A DNA stretch of 64,000 nucleotides, from assembly GCA_964354985.1 (NCBI GenBank), contig CAYHBR010000003.1:4809-68808 (forward strand). Reading direction: 5' to 3'. Below are positions 37,963 to 47,160 of the stretch, in pieces; the stretch's first letter is position 1, and the number at the start of each line of letters is the position of its first letter. The notes below the pieces were generated by a model. That model was not told the origin of the DNA. It worked only from the letters and a program-made list of their open reading frames with translations, and ran no database searches. The position numbers were made by a program, and so were the translations under genes. This DNA comes from an uncultured Candidatus Saccharibacteria bacterium (GTDB lineage Bacteria; Patescibacteriota; Minisyncoccia; Phycocordibacterales; UBA9973).

Positions 37963-38034
37963 GCACTCATGGTGAAATGGATATCACAACAGTCTTCGGA
38001 ACTGTCGTTGGGGGTTCGAATCCCTCTGGGTGCA
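37963..38034 (+). tRNA. tRNA-Arg(TCG), no encoded CCA
   Basis: GCACTCA/TGGGTGC acceptor, ACAGT-ctTCGga-ACTGT, TTCGAAT. Confidence 0.95.
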
Positions 38035-38047
38035 CATATAGTTTCAT

Positions 38048-39613
38048 ATGAAACAAGATCTAATAAAATCTGAGATGGTACCAAAATACGTTACACATGT
38101 AACGGACACCCTACAAAATAAGGGTTTTGAAGCATATATTGTCGGTGGCTGTGTCAGAGACCTCATTATTGGAAGGGAACCCAGAGATTGGGATGTAACT
38201 ACGAATGCAAAGCCTGATGAGGTTCAATCTTTGTTTGAGAAAACTGTTTACGAAAATCGCTTTGGCACTGTTGCTGTCTGTATTATTAAGGACTTGGTTG
38301 ATAAAAATGACACCAACGACTCTAAAAACCCAGCAGATACACAAGACTCAGCAGAAACCAAAGGCTTGGCAAAGGAAAAATATAACATTGTTGAAGTCAC
38401 GACATACAGAAAAGAAGCTGGCTATACTGATAATCGTCATCCTGACACAATAGAATATGCAACAAAGCTAGAGGAAGATCTCGAAAGAAGGGACTTTACA
38501 ATAAATGCAATGGCGTATGATATTTCTAAAGGACAACTAAAGGACATATACGGCGGTTTAAAGGACATTGAGGATAAAATAATACGAACAGTAGGGAAGC
38601 CGGACGAACGCTTCTCTGAGGACTCCCTGCGCATCCTACGAGCAATTAGGTTCTCGTGCGAGCTTGGCTTTGCTGTTTCATATGAAACACTTGAAGCGAT
38701 TTCACGCCACTCAAGTAACCTAAAAGGAGTATCCGCTGAAAGAATCCGCGACGAATTCGTAAAAATAGTAATGTCTTCTGATCCAATGTCTGGAATAGCT
38801 ATGATGGTGAAGCTAGGGGTGAATAAATATGTGGTACCAGAACTTGAGGAAGGTGTCGGTTGTGAGCAGAAAGGAGAACATATTTACGATGTTTTTGAAC
38901 ATATTCTTCATGCGCTCGGTCACTCTGCCGAGAAAAACTGGCCTCTAGACATAAGACTTTCTGCCTTGTTTCACGACATAGGGAAGCCACCAACAAGACG
39001 CTGGGACGCAACAAAAGCAGGAGGGAAGGGTAAATATACTTTTTTTGGTCACGAGGTTGTTGGGGCAAGAACTGTAAAAAAGATAATGGAGCGCCTAAAA
39101 TTTTCACGTGAAATGATAGAGAAAGTAAGCAAACTAGTAAGATACCACATGTTTTTTTCTGACACTGAGACAATTACTCTATCTGCTGTCCGCAGAACCA
39201 TTGTAAATGTTGGCAGGGAAAATATCTGGGACCTGATGAAAGTCAGAGAATGCGACAGAGTAGGAATGAAAAAGAGGGAAGCGCCGTTTCGCCTACGTAA
39301 GTACCACGCGATGATAGAAGAAGCTTTGCGTGCACCAACCTCTGTGGGTATGCTGAAAATTGATGGTAAATTCTTGATTGAAACGTTACACATGAAACCC
39401 GGACCAAGAATGGGTTGGATTTTGAATGCCTTGCTTGAGGAATGTCTTGAAGATGATGCGAAAAATGAAACGGGGAACCTTAAAAATAGGGCACTTGAGC
39501 TTGATAATCTATCGGACAAGGAACTTAGAGACCTAGGTATTTCAGGGAAATCAGCAAAAGAAGATAAGGAGAAGGCTGAGCTTAACGAAATTAGAAAAAA
39601 ACACGGGGTATAA
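38048..39613 (+). CDS. cca: CCA tRNA nucleotidyltransferase with HD domain
   Basis: VGGCVRD..DWD, RRDFTINA, EDSLRILRA.RF, SAERIRDE, HDIGK. Confidence 0.95.
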   Translation: MKQDLIKSEMVPKYVTHVTDTLQNKGFEAYIVGGCVRDLIIGREPRDWDVTTNAKPDEVQSLFEKTVYENRFGTVAVCIIKDLVDKNDTNDSKNPADTQDSAETKGLAKEKYNIVEVTTYRKEAGYTDNRHPDTIEYATKLEEDLERRDFTINAMAYDISKGQLKDIYGGLKDIEDKIIRTVGKPDERFSEDSLRILRAIRFSCELGFAVSYETLEAISRHSSNLKGVSAERIRDEFVKIVMSSDPMSGIAMMVKLGVNKYVVPELEEGVGCEQKGEHIYDVFEHILHALGHSAEKNWPLDIRLSALFHDIGKPPTRRWDATKAGGKGKYTFFGHEVVGARTVKKIMERLKFSREMIEKVSKLVRYHMFFSDTETITLSAVRRTIVNVGRENIWDLMKVRECDRVGMKKREAPFRLRKYHAMIEEALRAPTSVGMLKIDGKFLIETLHMKPGPRMGWILNALLEECLEDDAKNETGNLKNRALELDNLSDKELRDLGISGKSAKEDKEKAELNEIRKKHGV

Positions 39614-39694
39614 AAAAACACGCCGTAATAAAACGACGTGCATGATGTGGGCATATATGTACCCTGGGTATTGCAAAGCTGACGATACATTACG

Positions 39695-40444
39695 TTAGGC
39701 TCCTATGGCTACTTTATTTTCCTCCACCACTAACTTGGATTTATAAAAGGCCATACTTACTCTACTAACTTTTTTTATCCCTAGCTCTTTGCTTTTGTTT
39801 TTCAAGATAAAAAGTAAAAAATCTGAAAAACTATCGACACTGTCTGATCCCAGTAATAACTCAACGCCGGAAAGTGATGTCCCATATGATGGACTGACGA
39901 TGCTTATGTCTGGCAAATCACCACTATTTAAGAATTTGCAGACATTACTCTCTGTAGTTTTGTTACACAAAGTCATTTTTAAACGATTCCCTTTGTTATA
40001 GACTGTGTCGCTTGGCCATCTGACCAAATTTTTTCCTAGACTACCAACAAAATCCTCGAGTAAAACCTGACTTGCATCGGCAAATCGGGCTGAAAGTGCG
40101 CCGGCAATAATCCAATTTAGTTTAGAATTTTTTGAAATGACATTCCTTACATTCTCTACACAATCAAACAATCTTTGGTTTCTAACCCCCAGATTCATTC
40201 TGCGGCAAAGTAGAAAGTACCTGTCAATTTGTTCGTAAACTAATGGTATTGTCTCAATTTTATGCTTACCGCAAATATTAATTTTGCGAGCAACACTATA
40301 ACCGTTATCGAGAATACTCGAAACAATTATTATTTTGCTGTCCAGATTGTCCTTTATTGCTTCTTCAAGAATATCTATTCTATCCGAAGCATTTTCTACC
40401 GTGAGCCAACTACTCGGGATTGTTAATAAAACAATTTTCTTCAT
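39695..40444 (-). CDS. Degenerate aspartokinase-like (amino-acid kinase fold) protein
   Basis: Colinear similarity to the AK N-lobe with catalytic motifs replaced; promoter TTGACT(40502)-16-TAGTAT(40475). Confidence 0.7.
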   Translation of the reverse strand: MKKIVLLTIPSSWLTVENASDRIDILEEAIKDNLDSKIIIVSSILDNGYSVARKINICGKHKIETIPLVYEQIDRYFLLCRRMNLGVRNQRLFDCVENVRNVISKNSKLNWIIAGALSARFADASQVLLEDFVGSLGKNLVRWPSDTVYNKGNRLKMTLCNKTTESNVCKFLNSGDLPDISIVSPSYGTSLSGVELLLGSDSVDSFSDFLLFILKNKSKELGIKKVSRVSMAFYKSKLVVEENKVAIGA

Positions 40445-40506
40445 ACGTTATTTGGTTTTTTATGTACAGCCAAAATACTAACACGAAGATGTTAAAAGTC
40501 AATCAT

Positions 40507-41286
40507 TTATTTTTCAAAATCTATATCTATCGAAATAGGGCAGTGATCGCTTCCGTAAACATCAGAATGAATTGTTGTTTTTGAAATATACTGAACCACT
40601 TCTGGTGTAGTAAAAAAATAATCTATGCGCCAACCTACATTTCGGGCGCGGGCGCCGGTTTTTTGATCCCAATAAGTATATGCTCCTGTGGCGACAGGAT
40701 AAAAATATCGAAAGATATCAATCCAATCTTTCTTAACCAATTTATCCATCCACTCTCGCTCTATTGGCAAAAATCCAGTATTGTTTTCATTTTCCTTTGG
40801 GCGAGCAAGGTCTATTTCATTGTGTGCGGTATTTACATCACCAGCGAAAATGACATTATATTTTTTGCGCATACTATATATATGTGTAAGAAAGGCTTCA
40901 TAGAAGGAGAGTTTGTATTTTAGTCGAACAGGACCACCGCCACCGTTTGGAAAATAGCAACAAATCAGGACAAAGTCTTCGAAGTATGCGGTCGCTATCC
41001 TACCTTCGTCGTCAAATTCTGGATACCCAATGCCATTGTCGACGCGATATGGCTTTTCTTTTGAAATTATCGCGACACCAGAGTAGCCTTTTTTAACTTT
41101 GCTCCAAGAATAAGTACTGTGCCAACTTTTTGTCATTTCTAAAAATTCAGCAGGCAACTGCTCAGGCCCTACCTTTGTTTCTTGCAGGCAAATAATATCT
41201 GGCTTTACAGAAGCCATAAAAGGCTCCCACATTCCATTTTTTATAGTGCCCCGAAGGCCATTTGTATTCCAAGAGACAATGCGCAT
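40507..41286 (-). CDS. xth: Exodeoxyribonuclease III
   Basis: SWNTNG, LQETK, GYSGV, GDVN, GWRIDY, SDHCP. Confidence 0.97.
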   Translation of the reverse strand: MRIVSWNTNGLRGTIKNGMWEPFMASVKPDIICLQETKVGPEQLPAEFLEMTKSWHSTYSWSKVKKGYSGVAIISKEKPYRVDNGIGYPEFDDEGRIATAYFEDFVLICCYFPNGGGGPVRLKYKLSFYEAFLTHIYSMRKKYNVIFAGDVNTAHNEIDLARPKENENNTGFLPIEREWMDKLVKKDWIDIFRYFYPVATGAYTYWDQKTGARARNVGWRIDYFFTTPEVVQYISKTTIHSDVYGSDHCPISIDIDFEK

Positions 41287-41387
41287 ACCAATATTTTACT
41301 CCATTATTGATATATTTTCAAAAAAGTCACTCTAAATACACATCATCGGATTGAAAATTTTATTATGAATTATTCATAAGACCGATA

Positions 41388-42374
41388 CTAATCTTTCTTA
41401 CTATGAAACTTTTTATGTATATCCCGTAGCGCTTTGTCTGTAACGTGCGTGTATATTTGCGTTGTCACAATATTCGAGTGTCCAAGCATGATCTGAACAG
41501 AACGAATATCCGCGCCATTTGAAAGGAGGTCGGTCGCAAAAGAGTGTCGCAGTACGTGTGGTGTGACTTTTTTTGAAATCCCTGCTTTTATCGCAGTATC
41601 ACGAACCATTCTTTCTATCGAGCGGGGAGTGAGCCTGCGCGAGCCATCTTTTGACTTATTTCGCGAGAGCTCTATGAACATTGCCTCATCCATATCTTTC
41701 CTTTTTGATAAGTACTCACGAATAGCTTTTTTTGAATCATCAGACAAAAAAACCACCCTCACTTTTTCACCTTTACCTCGGATAGAGAATTCATCTCGAG
41801 ACAGATCAAGATCACGGTTTAATGAACAAAGTTCTGAAAGACGAAGCCCTGTCGAGAAAAAAAGCTCCAAGATGGCTTTGTCCCGTAGAGCCCGCTCTTC
41901 GTCGTTATTATTTTTCTTTTTCTTTGTTAATGCATCTTTTGATGACACCGGAGTCCCTTCTAAAAATCTCCCAGAAGCCTCGATCATTCGAAAAAGCTCT
42001 GTTGTAGTAATAAGATCTAAGCTTCTTTCTTTTACCTTGGCAAGCTCTATATGGTCTGGGGGCAAGGCCTTTACACCTCGTCGCATCAAAAATTTCAAAA
42101 AAACCCGAAGTGCTATAAGGTGATAGTTCTGACTATTTTTTTTCATAGTGCCGGAGGCTTGTCCTTTGACCTTTATACCCGACGCTCGGTTTAAAGAGAG
42201 ACGGAATGAGCGGATTGCGTCTTCAGAAATATCATTCGTATTTGCTATTTTTTCTTCTTTAAAGAAACGGGTGAGGTATCGATCGTAGTTTTCGACAGTT
42301 TTTAGAGAATTACCCTTCTCAATCTCGATATATTCAAGAAATTGTCGCTTCATTTTTTGAATATCTTCTGACAT
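41388..42374 (-). CDS. Xer-family tyrosine recombinase
   Basis: TGLRLSEL, GKGEK.R, HVLRHSFAT, LGH....TTQIYTH; start MSEDI (42374). Confidence 0.95.
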   Translation of the reverse strand: MSEDIQKMKRQFLEYIEIEKGNSLKTVENYDRYLTRFFKEEKIANTNDISEDAIRSFRLSLNRASGIKVKGQASGTMKKNSQNYHLIALRVFLKFLMRRGVKALPPDHIELAKVKERSLDLITTTELFRMIEASGRFLEGTPVSSKDALTKKKKNNNDEERALRDKAILELFFSTGLRLSELCSLNRDLDLSRDEFSIRGKGEKVRVVFLSDDSKKAIREYLSKRKDMDEAMFIELSRNKSKDGSRRLTPRSIERMVRDTAIKAGISKKVTPHVLRHSFATDLLSNGADIRSVQIMLGHSNIVTTQIYTHVTDKALRDIHKKFHSKKD

Positions 42375-42460
42375 GAATAGATTATAGCAAATATTGTGCG
42401 ACATTAAACTGTTTTTTGACACTACAGATATATCAGTCTAGACTTAAGAAAAATGATCCT

Positions 42461-42604
42461 ATGGAAAATGAAATAGTAAAATACGTAATACTTCCGATTG
42501 CAGTTTTCTGCATTGTGGTAGGTCCTTTTATTGGTGCTATATATGTTCTATATAGAATAGCGAAAAAAGACAACCCGGACTTTAAATTTCCCGACTGTGA
42601 GTGA
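42461..42604 (+). CDS. Small single-TM protein
   Basis: MENEIVKYVILPIAVFCIVVGPFIGAIYVLY; promoter TTGACA-17-TAGACT (42416-44). Confidence 0.55.
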   Translation: MENEIVKYVILPIAVFCIVVGPFIGAIYVLYRIAKKDNPDFKFPDCE

Positions 42605-42679
42605 GCGATAGTGAGCGTTTCTCGCATGGTCTTTACACAGACTTAGTTGCGTGTTAAAGTTTCAAAAAAACGACACACT

Positions 42680-42976
42680 ATGAAAAAAATCAACTTTGTT
42701 GTCTACTTTGTTAAATTAATGGTTATCGCAGCTGCTGTTTTTGCTCTTCTTGCCGAATTTGGTGGCAAGAAATTGTGGGAAGGATTGTTATTAAATAATA
42801 TCCTGCCGAAGTATTTTGATTCTGAGAATTCGCGGGATTTGTTTGCAAATGTAACATTAATGTTAATTTGCATTATCATTTCCGTGACAATACTCAGAAT
42901 ATTAAAATGGTTGCGTTATTCATCAAATGAATTCTACGAGGACAAGGAAAGTTATTTCGATAACCATCCGGAATAA
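42680..42976 (+). CDS. Hypothetical two-TM protein
   Basis: Two hydrophobic helices, acidic tail. Confidence 0.6.
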   Translation: MKKINFVVYFVKLMVIAAAVFALLAEFGGKKLWEGLLLNNILPKYFDSENSRDLFANVTLMLICIIISVTILRILKWLRYSSNEFYEDKESYFDNHPE

Positions 42977-43116
42977 AACCCGCGAAACCCTCGAAATTGA
43001 AGAAATTTCCCTCAATATCCACACACTTAGCTTTGTGTGGGTTTTTTATTACCCCAAAGGTGCTGTTGACGCATGAGCTTGCATATTTTTTAATAGTGTG
43101 CTATGATAGGCGGGCT

Positions 43117-43380
43117 ATGTTGAAGAAAACAAAGAAGCAGACAGCAATCAAAAAAGTGCAATTACATGACAAGGACAATGGTTCTTCGCCAGCGCAAATT
43201 GCTATTTTAACCGAAAGAATCGAAAGCCTTTCCGGTCACCTCAAGAAACACAAACAGGATAACCATTCCCGCCGTGGTCTTATCAAGATGGTGGCAGACC
43301 GCCGTTCCCACATGAAGTTTTTGGAACGCAAAAACAAACCGGCTTACGAAAAGGTGATTAAAGCTTTAGCTCTAAAATAA
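43117..43380 (+). CDS. rpsO: 30S ribosomal protein S15
   Basis: HDKDNGS...QIAILT.RI..L..HLK.HK.DNHSRRGL; start re-called to 43117. Confidence 0.97.
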   Translation: MLKKTKKQTAIKKVQLHDKDNGSSPAQIAILTERIESLSGHLKKHKQDNHSRRGLIKMVADRRSHMKFLERKNKPAYEKVIKALALK

Positions 43381-43382
43381 AC

Positions 43383-43411
43383 AACAAAGCTCGCCAATGG
43401 CGAGCTTTGTT
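43383..43411 (+). terminator. Intrinsic terminator after rpsO
   Basis: AACAAAGCTCGCC-aat-GGCGAGCTTTGTT. Confidence 0.85.
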
Positions 43412-43498
43412 TTAATGTTATAATCGGTTAGGCTAACCTAGCCAATTATTCAACATATACGGTCGATTTTTAATAATACAAATAATTTTTTATACATT

Positions 43499-44014
43499 AT
43501 GTCAATTATAAAACACAAGGAACAGCGTGTCGCTGTTTTTATAGATACTCAAAATATCTACCACAGCGCTCGCAATCTTTACAATCGCAAAGTAAACTTT
43601 GGGGCTGTAGTCAAAGACGCTGTTGCCGGACGAAAACTCGTTCGAGCAATAGCGTATGTCATCACCTCGGAAGCGGGGGATGAAAAAGCTTTTTTTGAAG
43701 CACTTGAAAAAATGGGCATCGAAACCAGAACAAAAGATCTTCAGATCTTTGCTGGCGGTGCTAAAAAAGGTGACTGGGATGTCGGTCTAGCTATCGATGC
43801 TGTGCGCACTGCACCGCGAATAGATGCTGCGATAATACTCTCTGGCGATGGCGACTTTGTCCCACTCGTCGAATATCTTCAAAAACATTCAGGTATTCAA
43901 GTAGAAGTTGCGGCCTTTGGAAAATCTTCATCACAGAAGCTCAAAGAGGTTGCGGACGATTTCGTAGACCTTTCGCAAAACGCAAAAAAATATCTTATCG
44001 GCATGCGCCAATAA
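43499..44014 (+). CDS. NYN (LabA/DUF88) domain PIN-like ribonuclease
   Basis: FIDTQN, KGDWDVGLAID, SGDGDF.PLV. Confidence 0.93.
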   Translation: MSIIKHKEQRVAVFIDTQNIYHSARNLYNRKVNFGAVVKDAVAGRKLVRAIAYVITSEAGDEKAFFEALEKMGIETRTKDLQIFAGGAKKGDWDVGLAIDAVRTAPRIDAAIILSGDGDFVPLVEYLQKHSGIQVEVAAFGKSSSQKLKEVADDFVDLSQNAKKYLIGMRQ

Positions 44015-44200
44015 GCTACTCTGCTTAAATAAATATTTCATTAAATATATATTTTGCGGAATGATAAAAAAAACCGACTCAACTGAGTTCGGTTTTTTTA
44101 TTATTGGCAATCTTATTATCCGAAAGTCTAGTATATTATGGACGAATATATGTGCTTGCTATAGTGATTAATATGTGATATAATATAAAAAACTAAAGAA

Positions 44201-44545
44201 ATGAAAACTGAATATTTATATTGCATCGCAATACTTTCAATTGGAATTTTTGGTTGTAACGACAATCATAAATTTAATGGGCGGACTGAATACAGATCGA
44301 TGCCAAAGGTTTATTCGGAACCACCGAAACCCAAACAAACGGAAAGATTATTTGAACCACTAATTCCCAAAAATGATAGTGCTAAAAATAATCAATCGAC
44401 AAACACTGAGGTTAATACCGAAGTCAGATATCAAAACGGACTTCGGAAAAAAACCAATCTGGAAAAAACTACAAACGACGGGAATGGCAACGGTGAAAAT
44501 TCTGAGTCTCATTCAGAATCTGAAGTGATTGTAATTTACAGATGA
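44201..44545 (+). CDS. Hypothetical lipoprotein-like, low-complexity protein
   Basis: Hydrophobic N-terminus ending IFGC; promoter TTGCTA-17-TATAAT; downstream hairpin 44591-44620. Confidence 0.65.
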   Translation: MKTEYLYCIAILSIGIFGCNDNHKFNGRTEYRSMPKVYSEPPKPKQTERLFEPLIPKNDSAKNNQSTNTEVNTEVRYQNGLRKKTNLEKTTNDGNGNGENSESHSESEVIVIYR

Positions 44546-44779
44546 TTTCACGACATGAATTTATTTTAAAATTATAAAAAAAATATTTCAAAGAACCTCT
44601 CGCACGGGTTCTTTTTTTTTATAAAAAATTTATCTTTTCTTAGGGAATATTTTATCTTTTTTTCATAATTTTTTTAACTTTTCTTCATAATTAATTGATA
44701 TTTATTTAATAATTATTTTATTTTTCCTTGATTTACACAGGGGCTTGAACGTGCTAAATTTTGAGTATTAATAGTAATT

Positions 44780-44840
44780 GCAAGTCCCCAAACAGGTAGT
44801 AATGAAATGCAGATTTCAATACTAAAGTTTGGAGATTTGC
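44780..44840 (+). promoter_or_regulatory. Long hairpin in pnp 5' leader
   Basis: GCAAGTCCCCAAAC..TAGTA.TGAAAT-gcag-ATTTCA.TACTA..GTTTGGAGATTTGC. Confidence 0.7.
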
Positions 44841-44848
44841 CGAAATAA

Positions 44849-47104
44849 ATGAAAAGCAAAGAGTACGAAATTGAGATTGCAGGCAAGAAATTTGTAGCTA
44901 TTTTTTCAGATTTAGCTGAACAAGCAAACGGATCTGTGATGCTTAAGTGCGAAGACACTGTTGTCCTAGCAACAGCAGTAATGGGAAAGGACACGAAAAA
45001 TAATCCTGGGTTTTTTAATTTGACTGTTGAATACACAGAAAGATTTTATGCATCGGGTTTAATCCTTGGTGGTCAGTACAATAAAAGGGAAGGCCGACCG
45101 AGCGACAAAGCCATCCTTGCCTCACGCGTAATAGACCGAACTGTTCGTCCACTTTTTGCGCACCACATTAAAAACGCAGTGCAAGTGATAGTCACTGTTG
45201 TCGCTGTCGGAAAAATGGACCCAACAATTTTAGCAATCAATGCTGTTTCGCTTGCGCTCAGTGTTTCACCTATTCCTTGGGCGGGACCAGTTGGGGCTGT
45301 TCAGGTAAGTATTTCAAAAAACATTAAGACTGGTGAGGGTTCTAACGAAATTAAAATAAATGACTATCTATCTTACACAGGCGAACCAAATTACGATCTA
45401 GAAATGACTGTTTGCGGAAAGGAGGGGAACGTAATTATGATCGAATCTAGCGCCTCTCAAAAAGATGAGGTGCTTGTAATGAATGCCATTGACACTGCAC
45501 TTGGTTCTGTTTCACAACTTGAAAACTGGCAAAAGGAAATAATTTCAAAGGAAGGTAAAACCAAACTCAGCATGCCTGAACCTGAAAATGACCCCACAAT
45601 GCTTGCTCTTTTCAATGAGAAAGTTAAGCCTGAAATCGAGAGCAATCTTTTTGGTAATGACTCAAAATCCAGAATTTCTAAAATAGAAGATAGCTGGGCG
45701 ACAATGCTCGAGACTTTGTACGACATTAAAAACGAGGCACTGTACGAATCACAAAAAGTCACTCGCGACGAGCTAATTATGCGAGGCAAAGATTATGTTG
45801 ACTATGCTATCAATGAAATAGTTCACATCGCGGCACTGCAAGAAAACAAACGTGTCGACTTGCGAGCCATGGACGAAATCCGAGAACTCTACGCGCAAGC
45901 GGGCGGAGTATCGAGCGTGCTCCACGGCACTGGTATTTTTTACCGTGGACAAACTCATGTACTTTCTGTTGCGACACTCGGCGGACCTGACACATTGCTT
46001 TCGATCGAAGGAATGGAAGTTCGTGGTACAAAAAGATTTATGCACCACTACAATTTTCCTCCGTACTCAGTTGGCGAGACTGGCAGACTCGGTGGTATTA
46101 ACCGTCGTGAAATGGGTCATGGTTTTTTAGCAGAAAAAGCTTTGGTCGCTGTTATTCCAAGTAAAGATATTTTTCCATACACTATTCGCGTCGTCTCAGA
46201 ATCGACAAGTTCAAATGGTTCAACATCTCAGGCTTCGATTTGTGCCGGGACAATTGCACTCATGGATGCTGGTGTACCGATTCTCGCTCCAGTTGCTGGC
46301 ATCGCAATGGGTGCGATGATAGATGAAAAAGATTCTACTAAGTATAAAATTCTCACCGACATCCAAGGACCAGAAGATCACCACGGCGACATGGACTTCA
46401 AAATTGCAGGAACGAGGAATGGCGTAACTGCGCTTCAGCTTGATATCAAAGTTGGTGGCATTCCGCTAGCTATCCTCGTTGACGCCATGGAGAAAGCTCG
46501 CATTGCTCGTTTGCAAATCCTCGACATTATGGAAAAAGAAATTCCAAAACCTCGCGCAGACATTTCTCCAAACGCTCCGAAGATCCTGATCGTCAAAATC
46601 TTGCCGACACAAATTGGTTTGGTTATCGGTGGCGGAGGTAAAACCGTAAATATGATTCGCGAAAAAACTGGCGCAGAAATTACAATCGAAGATGACGGCA
46701 CAGTTTTCGTCACCGGCAAAAATGGCGCAGCTGAAGCCGCCAAAAAAATTATTGAAGCAATGACGCATGAATGGAAAGTTGGCGACACGACCCAAGGTCT
46801 CGTGATGAAAATTTTGGAAATCGGCGCCGTTGTCGCGCTTTCTGAATACACTGACGGCCTGGTGCATATATCTGAAATCGCACCGTTCCGTGTTCAGAAG
46901 GTTACCGATGTTTTGAAAGAAGGTGATCTCGTGCCGATCAAAGTTGTTGCAATCGACAAAGAACGCGGACGCGTTTCGCTTTCGATCAAGGATGCTGATA
47001 AAGATTTTATAAAGAATCCGTATCCGCCGACTGCGCCTAAATCAGACGCGCCACGAAGTGATACACCGAAACCAAGTACTCCACCATCGACGCCACAGAA
47101 TTAG
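44849..47104 (+). CDS. pnp: Polyribonucleotide nucleotidyltransferase
   Basis: FMHHYNFPPYSVGE, SNGS, DI.G.EDH.GDMDFK, KH and S1 domains. Confidence 0.98.
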   Translation: MKSKEYEIEIAGKKFVAIFSDLAEQANGSVMLKCEDTVVLATAVMGKDTKNNPGFFNLTVEYTERFYASGLILGGQYNKREGRPSDKAILASRVIDRTVRPLFAHHIKNAVQVIVTVVAVGKMDPTILAINAVSLALSVSPIPWAGPVGAVQVSISKNIKTGEGSNEIKINDYLSYTGEPNYDLEMTVCGKEGNVIMIESSASQKDEVLVMNAIDTALGSVSQLENWQKEIISKEGKTKLSMPEPENDPTMLALFNEKVKPEIESNLFGNDSKSRISKIEDSWATMLETLYDIKNEALYESQKVTRDELIMRGKDYVDYAINEIVHIAALQENKRVDLRAMDEIRELYAQAGGVSSVLHGTGIFYRGQTHVLSVATLGGPDTLLSIEGMEVRGTKRFMHHYNFPPYSVGETGRLGGINRREMGHGFLAEKALVAVIPSKDIFPYTIRVVSESTSSNGSTSQASICAGTIALMDAGVPILAPVAGIAMGAMIDEKDSTKYKILTDIQGPEDHHGDMDFKIAGTRNGVTALQLDIKVGGIPLAILVDAMEKARIARLQILDIMEKEIPKPRADISPNAPKILIVKILPTQIGLVIGGGGKTVNMIREKTGAEITIEDDGTVFVTGKNGAAEAAKKIIEAMTHEWKVGDTTQGLVMKILEIGAVVALSEYTDGLVHISEIAPFRVQKVTDVLKEGDLVPIKVVAIDKERGRVSLSIKDADKDFIKNPYPPTAPKSDAPRSDTPKPSTPPSTPQN

Positions 47105-47129
47105 TTTGCAAAAATAAATTAGTAATAAG

Positions 47130-47160
47130 AAAAGCCGAATCAATTTTGATTCGGCTTTTT
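47130..47160. terminator. Bidirectional terminator
   Basis: AAAAGCCGAATCAA-tt-TTGATTCGGCTTTT. Confidence 0.85.
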
